In this document: one piece after another, positions 16,778 to 25,693 of the stretch | Position numbering within the stretch: position 1 is the stretch's first letter | How the letters are laid out: each line of letters starts with the position of its first letter | Source: Bacteroidales bacterium | Lineage (GTDB): Bacteria; Bacteroidota; Bacteroidia; Bacteroidales; FEN-979 | NCBI GenBank assembly: GCA_023229525.1 | Contig: JALNZC010000018.1 | Coordinates: forward strand, 4,242-68,241 | Direction of reading: 5' to 3' | Length of the DNA stretch: 64,000 nt | Notes under the pieces: model-generated | Databases searched by the model: none | What the model was told of the DNA's origin: nothing | The model's input: only the letters and a program-made list of their open reading frames with translations | Program-made: the position numbers and the translations under genes

Positions 16778-18805
16778 TTATTCGTCCCTCGTCCTTCGTC
16801 CTTCGTCCCTCGTCTTTCGTCCCTCGTCCTTCGTCCCTCGTCCCTCGTCCTTCGTCATTTTTATCCGGCTATGACGCCTGCTGTATCCGAAATAAATAAT
16901 CAGACCAACAGAAAGCCAGATGAGAAAACGCAACCAGTTGGTCACACCGAGATGGGCCATGAGGTAAAAGTTGGTCAGCAGTCCGAGAACAGGGATCAGG
17001 GAAAGTTGTTTCCAAATACCCACAAATGTTAGGATGATTGCTGAAAGGATAAAGATCAGGATGGGGAATTCCTGGCTGATTAAAGTGGTAATTCCAGATT
17101 TTGGATACTGGATACTGGATGCTGGATGCTGGATGCTGGATACTGGATGCTGGATGAATGAGGGGATGAACTTTTCAAGCTCCGGTGGTCGCCAGGAAAA
17201 GAGCAGAACAAAAATTCCGATCCAGATCAGGGGAAGAAAATAGCGGCTGTTGAGGTACGGGATATTGAAACCCTTTTCCGTAGGAAATTTTTCATTTTTT
17301 CTCCCGTTACCATCGAGTACAAGTACTCCACCAGAAACGAGGATGAATGCAAAAAGGGTCCCGATACTTGTTAAATCGGTAACTTCTGTAAGATTCATGA
17401 AAAGGGATGGAATTGCAACCAATATCCCTGCGATGATCGTAGAAAACCAGGGGGTTTTGTACCGCGAATGAATCTTTGAAAACGACTTTGGGAGTAAACC
17501 GTCGCGACTCATACTCATCCATATCCGGGGTTGTCCCACCTGAAAAACCAGCAGGACACTGGCCATGGCAACCACAGCGCTGAGGGCGATCACGCCGGAA
17601 AGTTTTGTGAGATGAAGTTTTTGAAAGGCATATGCCAGTGGATCTCCTACGCCCAACTCGCTGTAATGAAGCATTCCCGTTAAAACAAGACTGATCGTGA
17701 TGTACAGAACAGTAGTGATGACCAGCGCCAGGATGATTGCCCTGGGAAGGTCGCGGCGGGGATTACGGCATTCTTCGGCAGTCGTGGAAATGGCATCAAA
17801 ACCGATATAGGCAAAAAACACGCCTGACACCCCTTTTAACACGCCCGACAGGCCATTGGGCGCAAAAGGATGCCAGTTCCCGGGGTCAATATAAAATGAA
17901 CCTACCACAATGATGAGCAATAAAATCCCGATCTTCAGCAATACCATGGTGTTACTGGCCACTTTGGTTTCATAAATTCCAATGTATACCAGTGCGGAAA
18001 TGAATACCACGATGGAAAATGCAGGGATATCGGCAATGATGCGGATTCCCGCAATCACGGGTGCGTTTTGCCATGCCCTGAATGATTCCTGTAGCGCATC
18101 GGAGAGACTTCCCATGGGTATCCCTTTGGCGAGCTCATTCACAACGGTATGATAACCCCGTGAGGCTGACAGGTAATCCACACTTAGATATTCCGGAATG
18201 TGAAGTCCGGTTCCGTTGACGAATCCGGTAAAGTAATCCGACCATGAAATGGCAACGGCAATATTGCCAATGGCATATTCCATGATCAAATCCCAGCCGA
18301 TGATCCAGGCAATCAACTCACCGAAACTCGCATATGCATATGTGTAGGCACTTCCGCTGATAGGTATGACGGAGGCGAACCGGGCATAGCATAAGGCCGA
18401 AAACCCGCAGGCCATCGCTGTAAAGAGAAAAAGAAGAGAAACTGCCGGACCACCACTGGCAGCGGCATTTCCGATGGTACTGAAGATTCCCGCACCAATG
18501 ACCGCTGCTATACCCAATCCCGTCAGGTCATAAACGGTCAGGTTTTTTTTAAGCTCCGTTCCATCTCCTTCCCGGCTGTGGGCGTCCTGCAAAATACGGG
18601 CGATCGATTTTTTACGGAAGAGGTGGAAATTTACCACGCCGGAAATTTTTGATAAAGGTAAAATATTTCCGTTCAAATCCGGATCAATCCCATAGATGTT
18701 CATACTGATTTTGATTAGCTTTGCCCGTAAATTCTCATTTCCTTTCTGGTGAGATATCAATCTTGCCGGGTTCATATGCTTGCAAATAAGTTTTGGGTAT
18801 TCCAA
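16778..18805 (-). CDS. APC-superfamily amino-acid permease (cationic amino-acid transporter type with a C-terminal 2-TM extension)
   Basis: GIGAAVIGAGIFSTIG, FAYIGFDAISTTAEE, and the C-terminal module NWLRFLIWLSVGLIIYFGYSRRHS. It contains heptamer array 17101-17157 in a loop and ends in array 16781-16856. Start uncertain; alternative Mets are at 18775 and 18703. Confidence 0.85.
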   Translation of the reverse strand: MEYPKLICKHMNPARLISHQKGNENLRAKLIKISMNIYGIDPDLNGNILPLSKISGVVNFHLFRKKSIARILQDAHSREGDGTELKKNLTVYDLTGLGIAAVIGAGIFSTIGNAAASGGPAVSLLFLFTAMACGFSALCYARFASVIPISGSAYTYAYASFGELIAWIIGWDLIMEYAIGNIAVAISWSDYFTGFVNGTGLHIPEYLSVDYLSASRGYHTVVNELAKGIPMGSLSDALQESFRAWQNAPVIAGIRIIADIPAFSIVVFISALVYIGIYETKVASNTMVLLKIGILLLIIVVGSFYIDPGNWHPFAPNGLSGVLKGVSGVFFAYIGFDAISTTAEECRNPRRDLPRAIILALVITTVLYITISLVLTGMLHYSELGVGDPLAYAFQKLHLTKLSGVIALSAVVAMASVLLVFQVGQPRIWMSMSRDGLLPKSFSKIHSRYKTPWFSTIIAGILVAIPSLFMNLTEVTDLTSIGTLFAFILVSGGVLVLDGNGRKNEKFPTEKGFNIPYLNSRYFLPLIWIGIFVLLFSWRPPELEKFIPSFIQHPVSSIQHPASSIQYPKSGITTLISQEFPILIFILSAIILTFVGIWKQLSLIPVLGLLTNFYLMAHLGVTNWLRFLIWLSVGLIIYFGYSRRHSRIKMTKDEGRGTKDEGRKTRDEGRRTRDE
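16781..16856 (-). repeat. family B heptamer array (gacgaag/gacgagg, ~11 units) forming the last ~25 codons of the permease ORF
   Basis: The plus strand reads ttcgtccctcgtccttcgtcc... It translates as KDEGRGTKDEGRKTRDEGRRTRDE followed by the stop. Confidence 0.9.
17101..17157 (+). repeat. family A heptamer array (8 units of ctggatg/ctggata) embedded antisense in the permease CDS
   Basis: ttggata ctggata ctggatg x3 ctggata ctggatg x2. It is translated from the minus strand as SFIQHPVSSIQHPASSIQYP. Confidence 0.9.
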
Positions 18806-18861
18806 GACTGAAAATACGATGCAGACATTTGACCGGTTTGTAAATAAATAACTTTTATCTT

Positions 18862-19479
18862 ATGAAAATTACAGTTTTTGGTGCCAGCGGTCGAACCGGT
18901 ATATTGATCGTTTACCAAGCCCTCAACCAGGGTCATCAGGTCAATGCATTTGCCCGTCAACCATCGAAAGTCACAATACAACATAAAAATCTTACAATCG
19001 TCAGCGGTGATGTACTGGACTCTGTAAAAGTCAAAGAAGCAGTTGACGGTCAGGATGCAGTACTATGTGCATTGGGTGTTGACACAAACAAACCTGTTAC
19101 TGTACTTTCAGACGGAACAAGGATCATTCTCAAAGCCATGGAAGAATCCGGAGTCAGGCGTTTCATCTGCATGTCGTCAGCAGGGATACTGGGTAATGAT
19201 GCCGGTTTCTGGTTTGGAAAAGTTATTATGCCCTTGTTCCTTCGGCATGTTTTTGCGGATAAAATTCGTCAGGTAAAGATCATTCAGGAAAGCAAAGCCG
19301 ATTGGGTTATTCTCCGGCCCGTTAAACTTACCGATTCACCGAAAACCAACAGTTATAAGATATTACCCGGGATACCGACTTCCCGTACCGTTCCACGTGC
19401 CGATGTGGCCGATTTTATGCTAAAACTGGTTACCGATACCTGCTATGACCGTACCATGCCGGCCGTGTCGAGTTATTGA
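18862..19479 (+). CDS. NAD(P)H-binding short-chain oxidoreductase (flavin reductase/NmrA-like)
   Basis: 205 aa with the N-terminal Rossmann motif KITVFGASGRTG. Confidence 0.8.
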   Translation: MKITVFGASGRTGILIVYQALNQGHQVNAFARQPSKVTIQHKNLTIVSGDVLDSVKVKEAVDGQDAVLCALGVDTNKPVTVLSDGTRIILKAMEESGVRRFICMSSAGILGNDAGFWFGKVIMPLFLRHVFADKIRQVKIIQESKADWVILRPVKLTDSPKTNSYKILPGIPTSRTVPRADVADFMLKLVTDTCYDRTMPAVSSY

Positions 19480-19487
19480 TAAATAGC

Positions 19488-19570
19488 AGAGGGAGGGACG
19501 AGGGACGAAGGACGTGGGACGTGGGACGTGGGACGAAGGACGAGGGACGAGGGACGAAGGACGAGGGACG
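19488..19570 (+). repeat. family B heptamer array (ggacgag/ggacgaa/ggacgtg)
   Basis: agagggagggacgagggacgaaggacgtgggacgtgggacgtgggacgaaggacgagggacgagggacgaaggacgagggacg. Starts 9 nt after the stop at 19479, in a convergent gap. Confidence 0.9.
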
Positions 19571-19630
19571 AAAAAAATGACAAATGATCGGGATTGGTTA
19601 TGATGGTGTGTAGCAGAGAATTTTTTGCGG

Positions 19631-21544
19631 TCAGAAAACGGATTTAGTGGAATGGAGTTCCAAGAGAGCATTGATGATTCCCTCCGTATCAAACCCGCAT
19701 TCATGGCGGAGTTCGGCAAGCGAACCCTGCTCTATGAAGCTATCTGGAATTCCGAGACGTCTTACCTGTGCATGATAACCGTGATCAGCCATAAATTCCA
19801 GGATGGCTGAACCCATTCCACCCATCACTGAGCCATCTTCAACTGTAACAATCTTTGAAAATTTCCTGAAGATACCATGAAGCAGTTCTTCATCCAGGGG
19901 TTTCAGGAAACGCAGGTCATAATGAGCCACGGAGATATCTTTTTTTTCGAGTTCGGTACAGGCAGCCACGGCATCATTGCCCACATGGCCAAGGGTAATT
20001 ACAGCCAGATCATTCCCTTCGCGGATCATCCGCGATTTACCGATTACAATTTCTTTAAGCGGCGTTTTCCATTTGGCCAACACACCACGGCCTTTTGGGT
20101 AACGTATGGCGATAGGCCCCATTCCGTCGAGTTGCGCTGTATACATCATGTCGCGCAACTCCTCTTCGTTCATTGGTGAGGCAATAACAATATTTGGAAT
20201 GCAGCGCAGGTAAGCCAGATCGAAAGCGCCATGATGGGTAGCGCCATCTTCGCCAACCAATCCTCCACGGTCGAGACAAAATACCACATGCAACTTTTGT
20301 AATGCCACATCGTGAATGATCTGGTCGTATGCCCGTTGCATAAAAGTCGAATAGATGTTACAAAAAGGGATATATCCGGAGGTAGCGAGACCGGCGCTGA
20401 AGGTGACGGCATGCTGTTCGGCGATACCAACATCAAACGTCCGCTCGGGCATCTTTTTCATCATCAGGTTCAGTGAACAGCCGGTCGACATAGCCGGGGT
20501 AACCCCTACAATTTTTGGATTCTTCTCTGCCAGCTCAATGATCGTACGGCCAAATACAGTCTGATACTTAGGCGCCTGGCCAAGGCATTTATCTTCTTTT
20601 ATCGTTCCCGTTTCTTTATCAAAAACACCTGGGGCATGATATATGGTCTGATCTTTTTCGGCTTTTTCAAATCCCTTGCCCTTGATCGTATGGACATGTA
20701 AGAGTTTGGGGCCTTTGATCTGTTTCATGTCACTGAGCAGTTTTACAAGGCGGATCACGTCATTGCCATCCACCGGGCCGAAATACCTGAAATTAAAGGC
20801 TTCGAAAAGGTTCCCGCTTTTGAGGAGGGTAGTTTTTAAGGCATTCCCCAATTGCTTGACGATGGCACGTGAGTTTTTACCATATCGGGTGCCGCCACCC
20901 ATGAGAAACCATATCTTGTCACGGACTTTATTATAGGTTTTGGAAGTAACAATATCCGCGAGATAATCCTTGATGGCTCCGACATTTTTATCAATGGCGA
21001 TCTGGTTATCGTTGAGGATTACCATCAGGTTGGCATTGGAAACGCCGGCATTGTTCAGGGCCTCCATGGCCATTCCTCCGGTCATGGCGCCATCGCCGAT
21101 AATGGCAACATGGTGACGTTCCTTCTGATTGTCAAGTTTTGCGGCAACGCCCATTCCCAGCGCGGCTGAAACCGAGGTGGAGGAGTGACCAACCCCAAAT
21201 GCATCATATTCGCTTTCCGACATCTTCGGGAACCCGCTGATCCCTTTATAAGTGCGTATGGTCCCGAACTGTTCCTTTCGTCCGGTGAGGATTTTGTGAG
21301 CATAAGCCTGATGACCTACATCCCAGATGATCTTATCGAAAGGTGCATCATACACATAGTGTAATGCAACTGCCAGTTCCACTGCACCCAGACTGGCGCC
21401 CAGATGGCCCGGGTTCACCGCCATCACTTCGATGATAAAACTCCGGATCTCTTCACATAGTTGTGGAAGGTCATCGAGACTAAGTTTCTTCAAGTCAGAA
21501 GGGAAGTTTACAGACGATAAAAGCGGTCCTGTTGATGGAGTCAT
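19631..21544 (-). CDS. dxs: 1-deoxy-D-xylulose-5-phosphate synthase
   Basis: 637 aa. GHLGASLGAVELAVALHYV, the TPP-binding motif GDGAMTGGMAMEALN, and transketolase-like central and C-terminal domains. Confidence 0.97.
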   Translation of the reverse strand: MTPSTGPLLSSVNFPSDLKKLSLDDLPQLCEEIRSFIIEVMAVNPGHLGASLGAVELAVALHYVYDAPFDKIIWDVGHQAYAHKILTGRKEQFGTIRTYKGISGFPKMSESEYDAFGVGHSSTSVSAALGMGVAAKLDNQKERHHVAIIGDGAMTGGMAMEALNNAGVSNANLMVILNDNQIAIDKNVGAIKDYLADIVTSKTYNKVRDKIWFLMGGGTRYGKNSRAIVKQLGNALKTTLLKSGNLFEAFNFRYFGPVDGNDVIRLVKLLSDMKQIKGPKLLHVHTIKGKGFEKAEKDQTIYHAPGVFDKETGTIKEDKCLGQAPKYQTVFGRTIIELAEKNPKIVGVTPAMSTGCSLNLMMKKMPERTFDVGIAEQHAVTFSAGLATSGYIPFCNIYSTFMQRAYDQIIHDVALQKLHVVFCLDRGGLVGEDGATHHGAFDLAYLRCIPNIVIASPMNEEELRDMMYTAQLDGMGPIAIRYPKGRGVLAKWKTPLKEIVIGKSRMIREGNDLAVITLGHVGNDAVAACTELEKKDISVAHYDLRFLKPLDEELLHGIFRKFSKIVTVEDGSVMGGMGSAILEFMADHGYHAQVRRLGIPDSFIEQGSLAELRHECGFDTEGIINALLELHSTKSVF

Positions 21545-21597
21545 TATCCGGTTTTTAATCAGCCGGCAAAGGTAAGAAGAATCGAGTGATAAATGAC

Positions 21598-21743
21598 AAG
21601 TGAGGGAATGAAGGATTGAAGGAAAGAAGGATTGATTTATTGAATACCTGATGGGCGAGGGACGAAGGACGAAGGACGAGGGACGAAGGACGAAGGACGA
21701 AGGATGAAAGCATAAAATGGATGCCGGATGCTGGATACTGGAT
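21598..21743 (+). repeat. junction of three array families: C (gaatgaagg, 21598-21636), B (ggacgaa, 21654-21708), A (ctggatg, 21716-21743)
   Basis: Read directly. Lies between the dxs start and the DUF59 gene stop. A further ggagata-type unit block follows at 21766-21790. Confidence 0.9.
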
Positions 21744-21792
21744 AATACCAGGGGTTCTTGTAAATATCACCTATCACCTATCTCCCATCCCT

Positions 21793-22125
21793 TTAGAGCA
21801 GTCCCAGGTCTAACAGCGCCGCTTCCGAAATCCTGTCTCTGTCCCAGGGTGGTTCGAAGGTCAGTTCAACCTTAACGTTTCCGATGTCCTCTACTGTTTT
21901 TACCGCATCCTGCACCTGGCCCGGAATATCTTCAGCTACCGGGCAGTTGGGCGTGGTGAGGGTCATCAAAATATAGACATCGTTTGTCTGGTCATTGATC
22001 TGCAGGTTGTAAATAAGACCAAGATCGTAAATATTGACCGGGATTTCGGGATCGAATACCGTCTTCAAGGCTTCGATCACCTTATTTTCGAGGGGGGTAT
22101 GATAAATTTTTTTCTGGGGTTCCAT
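21793..22125 (-). CDS. DUF59/MIP18-family Fe-S cluster assembly protein (SufT-like)
   Basis: 110 aa with ALKTVFDPEIPVNIYDLGLIY and the conserved TTPNCP cysteine motif. Confidence 0.8.
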   Translation of the reverse strand: MEPQKKIYHTPLENKVIEALKTVFDPEIPVNIYDLGLIYNLQINDQTNDVYILMTLTTPNCPVAEDIPGQVQDAVKTVEDIGNVKVELTFEPPWDRDRISEAALLDLGLL

Positions 22126-22215
22126 AATGGAATATTTTGTGCAAAGTTACGGATGTTTTAACCTTTTAATCGCTTGGAGGAACGATAGGCTAAATCAGCT
22201 TTTTTTTTCAACGAA

Positions 22216-22346
22216 TCAATTGGTATGAACCCCAGGGCAAACACTGGACCCGCATTCCGCCCCAATGGGCGGGGAATTTACCCTGAAAACCTCAACCCCT
22301 GCACCCCTTCTCCTTGAGGAGAAGGCCGGGAGATGAGGTGATTAAA
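22216..22346 (+). repeat. dispersed MITE/REP-like element, copy R2
   Basis: caattggtatgaaccccagg...ggggaatttaccctga...aacccctgcaccccttctccttgaggagaaggccgggagatgaggtgattaaac. It includes an 8-bp stem, ccttctcc/ggagaagg. Confidence 0.8.
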
Positions 22347-22452
22347 CAAATTACACAGTAACAGGGACACCCTTTCTATAGCCCCTAATCCAAATTATGA
22401 GAAGACAGTAAAATAATTATCAACAAAATTTGGTTTTTATTATAAACTTGTT

Positions 22453-22460
22453 TATATTTG
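22453..22460 (+). promoter_or_regulatory. candidate -7 promoter box (TAnnTTTG)
   Basis: tatatttg lies 25 nt upstream of the ATG at 22485. Motif match only. Confidence 0.4.
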
Positions 22461-22484
22461 CAACTCATTTATAAATATAAAATC

Positions 22485-23153
22485 ATGGAAACACAATTTT
22501 CGCAAAAAGAAAGTCTTGACCTGATCAATCAGATGATCAGTTCGGCAAAGAACAACCTTCATAAAGGAATGAGCAATATTTTTCTTCTCTGGGGGTACCT
22601 TGTTGCCATCATCAGCTTGCTTATTTTCATCCTTTTACTCACTCTGCCCGGCGACACCCGGTATTTTTCCTATTGGCTCTGGATCTTTATGGCGGCGGGC
22701 GCCCCGATTCACTGGAAACTGGTCAGTAAAATCGACCAGCAACAACTGGTGAAAACTTACATCGACAAAATTATGGGATTTGTCTGGATCGCTTTTTCGG
22801 TCTCCATCATTGCGGTTGTTGCCGGGATGCTTCTCTCAACCATCCTTGTTTTACCCGTTTTTACTGATGTTGATCCATCCCACGAATTCCTCCGGTGGAT
22901 TCAATGGACCTTTATAACGCCTTTTATGCTTTGTCTGTATGGTTTTGCCCTTTTTGTCTCTGGGAAAGCGTATCAGTTCAAACCACTGGTTATCGGAGGA
23001 ATTGTTTGCTGGATCGCAACTGCATTTCTGATCATAGCGTTTCATCATCCTTATCTTCTGATGATCCAACAGATCGTCCTTTTCATTTGTGCTGTTGCTG
23101 GATTTGTCATTCCGGGTCATCTCCTCAAACAAAAAGAAAACTCCCATGTATAA
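22485..23153 (+). CDS. integral membrane protein of unknown function (about 5 TM)
   Basis: Hydrophobic segments throughout. ATG at 22485. An 8-nt overlap (ATGTATAA) with the downstream regulator suggests translational coupling. Confidence 0.6.
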   Translation: METQFSQKESLDLINQMISSAKNNLHKGMSNIFLLWGYLVAIISLLIFILLLTLPGDTRYFSYWLWIFMAAGAPIHWKLVSKIDQQQLVKTYIDKIMGFVWIAFSVSIIAVVAGMLLSTILVLPVFTDVDPSHEFLRWIQWTFITPFMLCLYGFALFVSGKAYQFKPLVIGGIVCWIATAFLIIAFHHPYLLMIQQIVLFICAVAGFVIPGHLLKQKENSHV

Positions 23154-23439
23154 CGATCTTGATCCGTTGCTGCATTCCCAATTACGCTTGGCAATTATGT
23201 CAATCCTGATAGGTATCGAAGAGGCTGATTTCGTCTTCATACGCGAAAAAACGGGAGCCTCAGCAGGAAATTTGAGCGTTCAACTTGACAAATTGATGGA
23301 GGCAGGTTATCTTGAGATAAGAAAATCGTTTAAGGGCAAATTCCCCCGGACAACCTGTAAAATAACTCCGCAGGGAATAGATGCTTTTGAAAACTATGTC
23401 AGGGCGTTACAGGAATATATCAAACCCGGTCAACTCTGA
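23146..23439 (+). CDS. winged-helix transcriptional regulator (ArsR/MarR-like small wHTH)
   Basis: 97 aa. LRLAIMSIL...FIREKTGASAGNLSVQLDKLMEAGYLEIRK matches the HTH-plus-wing pattern. Confidence 0.7.
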   Translation: MYNDLDPLLHSQLRLAIMSILIGIEEADFVFIREKTGASAGNLSVQLDKLMEAGYLEIRKSFKGKFPRTTCKITPQGIDAFENYVRALQEYIKPGQL

Positions 23440-23441
23440 AA

Positions 23442-23873
23442 TCAGCTTTTTCCGGACAATTTTGTCTTAAATGCCAGGGCATACAGCTTCATTTGCTTCA
23501 TCATATTGCTGAGGCCATTACTACGTGTAGGCGAAAGGTGTTCCTTCAACCCGATCTGATCGATGAATTCCAGTTTGGCATTCAGTATATCATCGGGCGT
23601 GTGGTTTGAAAGCACGCGGAGCAGCAGGTTGACAATTCCATTCGTGATGATAGCGTCGCTATCGGCGGTAAAAACAATCTTTCCTTCAACGAGGACAGCA
23701 TGCAACCATACTTTTGACTGGCAACCCGTGATCAGGTAGGGATCAGTTTTATATTGCGAATCAATTTTGGGTAATGATTTCCCCATCTCCACGAGTATAT
23801 TGTACTTGTCGAGCCAGTCATCAAATGCGGAAAACTCACTGACAATCTGTTCTTCAGTTTCTGTAATTGTCAT
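23442..23873 (-). CDS. sufE: SufE-family sulfur acceptor protein
   Basis: 143 aa with the conserved active-site block ITGCQSKVWL. Confidence 0.85.
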   Translation of the reverse strand: MTITETEEQIVSEFSAFDDWLDKYNILVEMGKSLPKIDSQYKTDPYLITGCQSKVWLHAVLVEGKIVFTADSDAIITNGIVNLLLRVLSNHTPDDILNAKLEFIDQIGLKEHLSPTRSNGLSNMMKQMKLYALAFKTKLSGKS

Positions 23874-23909
23874 TCAGTCAAATATTAGTTTCTAGCCTTT
23901 CCCTGATTT

Positions 23910-24248
23910 TCAGTTCAAGTGTTTTAGATTCTGCAGGGCTTCGGGCATAAATTTATGTACTCCGGCCACGATTTGGCAACCATCCAGTTCAGGACATTCC
24001 CCGCAGGTTACATATCCTTTGGTATCTGCACATTTGCGTATTTCACATTGCAAACAATGAGAGAATTTCACCCCTTCAACACGACAACCGGTACAGTTAA
24101 TCGTCTCCGGGGTAATATCCGGAGCATTATACATTTTTTGCCACTTTTCCGCAGTGGCTTTCCGCAGGTCATCATCATTCTGTATTGTAGCATTCCGGGC
24201 ATCGCAAACCGAACAATCCAATCCGCAACAGGCAATTAGTTTTTCCAT
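23910..24248 (-). CDS. cysteine-rich DUF3795-like protein
   Basis: 112 aa. The N-terminal IACCGLDCSVCDA plus three further Cys pairs resemble the DUF3795 pattern as I recall it. Confidence 0.65.
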   Translation of the reverse strand: MEKLIACCGLDCSVCDARNATIQNDDDLRKATAEKWQKMYNAPDITPETINCTGCRVEGVKFSHCLQCEIRKCADTKGYVTCGECPELDGCQIVAGVHKFMPEALQNLKHLN

Positions 24249-24314
24249 ATCACATCTTTTTTAATTATACGTAAAATTTCAACATCATTTTATTTATGAT
24301 TTAGTATTCTGGCT

Positions 24315-25535
24315 TTATTCCAGCATTTTCTTTGCCTTTACAATTGCCGAAACCAATAAATCGATCTCTTGAAGGGTATTATAAAAAGCGAACGAAGCCC
24401 GCACAGTGCCGGGAATCTTCAAATAATTCATGAGGGGCATTGCACAGTGGTGACCGGTTCTGACAGCGATACCCATCTTGTCAATGATGGTCCCGACATC
24501 ATATGGATGGATATCGCCGATGAGGAAAGAGATCAGGCTGGTTTTGTGCACTGCCGTACCATAAATTTTCATACCATCAAGGTTTGCAAGCTTTCCGGAG
24601 GCATATTTAAGCAGGTTCTCCTCATACATTGCAATATTTTCCATTCCCAGCTCTTTCAGATAATGAACGGCGGCACGAAGCCCTGCAACGCCTTCCACAT
24701 TAGGGGTTCCGGCCTCAAACTTAAACGGCAACTCATTAAACGTGGTATGATCGACATATACCTCTTTGATCATCTCTCCGCCCAGCTGATAGGGGGGCAA
24801 TTCCTCCAAATACTTCTCCTTCCCGTAAAGCACGCCAATTCCCATGGGAGCATACATTTTATGTCCTGAAAAACAATAAAAATCACAATCAAGATCCTGC
24901 ATATCCACCTGCAAATGTGAAACCCCCTGCGCACCATCGATCAAAACCGGAATATTATTCCGGTGCGCAACAGCGATGATCTCCTTCACCGGATTAATAG
25001 TTCCCAAAACATTCGATACATGTGTCAGAACAATGAGACGGGTCTTTTCATTGATCATCCCGTATAATTCATCCAGATCCAGTTCCCCCCGTTCATTGAT
25101 TCCCGCAACCCTGAATCCGGCGCCATGTTCCAGACACATCTGTTGCCATGGAACAAAGCTTGAATGGTGCTCCATGATGGTGGAGATCACTTCGTCACCG
25201 GGTTTTATGTACCGTTTTCCAAATGATGATGCTACCAGGTTAAGCGATTCCGTGGCGCCTTTGGTAAAGATAATCTCATGTGTACTCCGTGCATTGATGA
25301 ATTCGCGGATCTCCTTTCGCGCCTCTTCATATGCTTCCGTCGCCTTCATACTCAGGTAATGCACTCCGCGGTGGATATTGCAATTGTCATGTTCATAATA
25401 ATGACGGATGGCATCAATAACCTGTACCGGCTTTTGTGTGGAAGCGGCATTGTCGAAGTACACCAGCGGACGATTGTAAATCTGCTGATGCAGGATAGGA
25501 AACTCGGATCTTATTTTATCGATGGGAAAAAACAC
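24315..25535 (-). CDS. sufS: cysteine desulfurase, SufS type
   Basis: 406 aa with the PLP lysine in FSGHKMYAPMGIG and the catalytic Cys in RTGHHCAMPL. Confidence 0.95.
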   Translation of the reverse strand: MFFPIDKIRSEFPILHQQIYNRPLVYFDNAASTQKPVQVIDAIRHYYEHDNCNIHRGVHYLSMKATEAYEEARKEIREFINARSTHEIIFTKGATESLNLVASSFGKRYIKPGDEVISTIMEHHSSFVPWQQMCLEHGAGFRVAGINERGELDLDELYGMINEKTRLIVLTHVSNVLGTINPVKEIIAVAHRNNIPVLIDGAQGVSHLQVDMQDLDCDFYCFSGHKMYAPMGIGVLYGKEKYLEELPPYQLGGEMIKEVYVDHTTFNELPFKFEAGTPNVEGVAGLRAAVHYLKELGMENIAMYEENLLKYASGKLANLDGMKIYGTAVHKTSLISFLIGDIHPYDVGTIIDKMGIAVRTGHHCAMPLMNYLKIPGTVRASFAFYNTLQEIDLLVSAIVKAKKMLE

Positions 25536-25552
25536 TTGGATTTACGAGTTTT

Positions 25553-25676
25553 AGATTGAAAAAAGATTTGAAAATTTGAAGATGTGAAAATTTGAAAATG
25601 TGAAGATTTGAAAATGAATATATAATTTTGATTTTTGAGTTGTAGTTTTGAATTTTGAATTTTGAATTTTGAGTTT
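25553..25676 (+). repeat. composite family D element (gatttgaa/gatgtgaa array - ATGAATAT core - TTTTGATTTTTGAGTTGTAGTTTTGAA module), antisense to the suf genes
   Basis: Fills the sufD-sufS spacer. The right half is near-identical to 10838-10903. Confidence 0.9.
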
Positions 25677-25693
25677 TTATCCCCTATTTCCTA

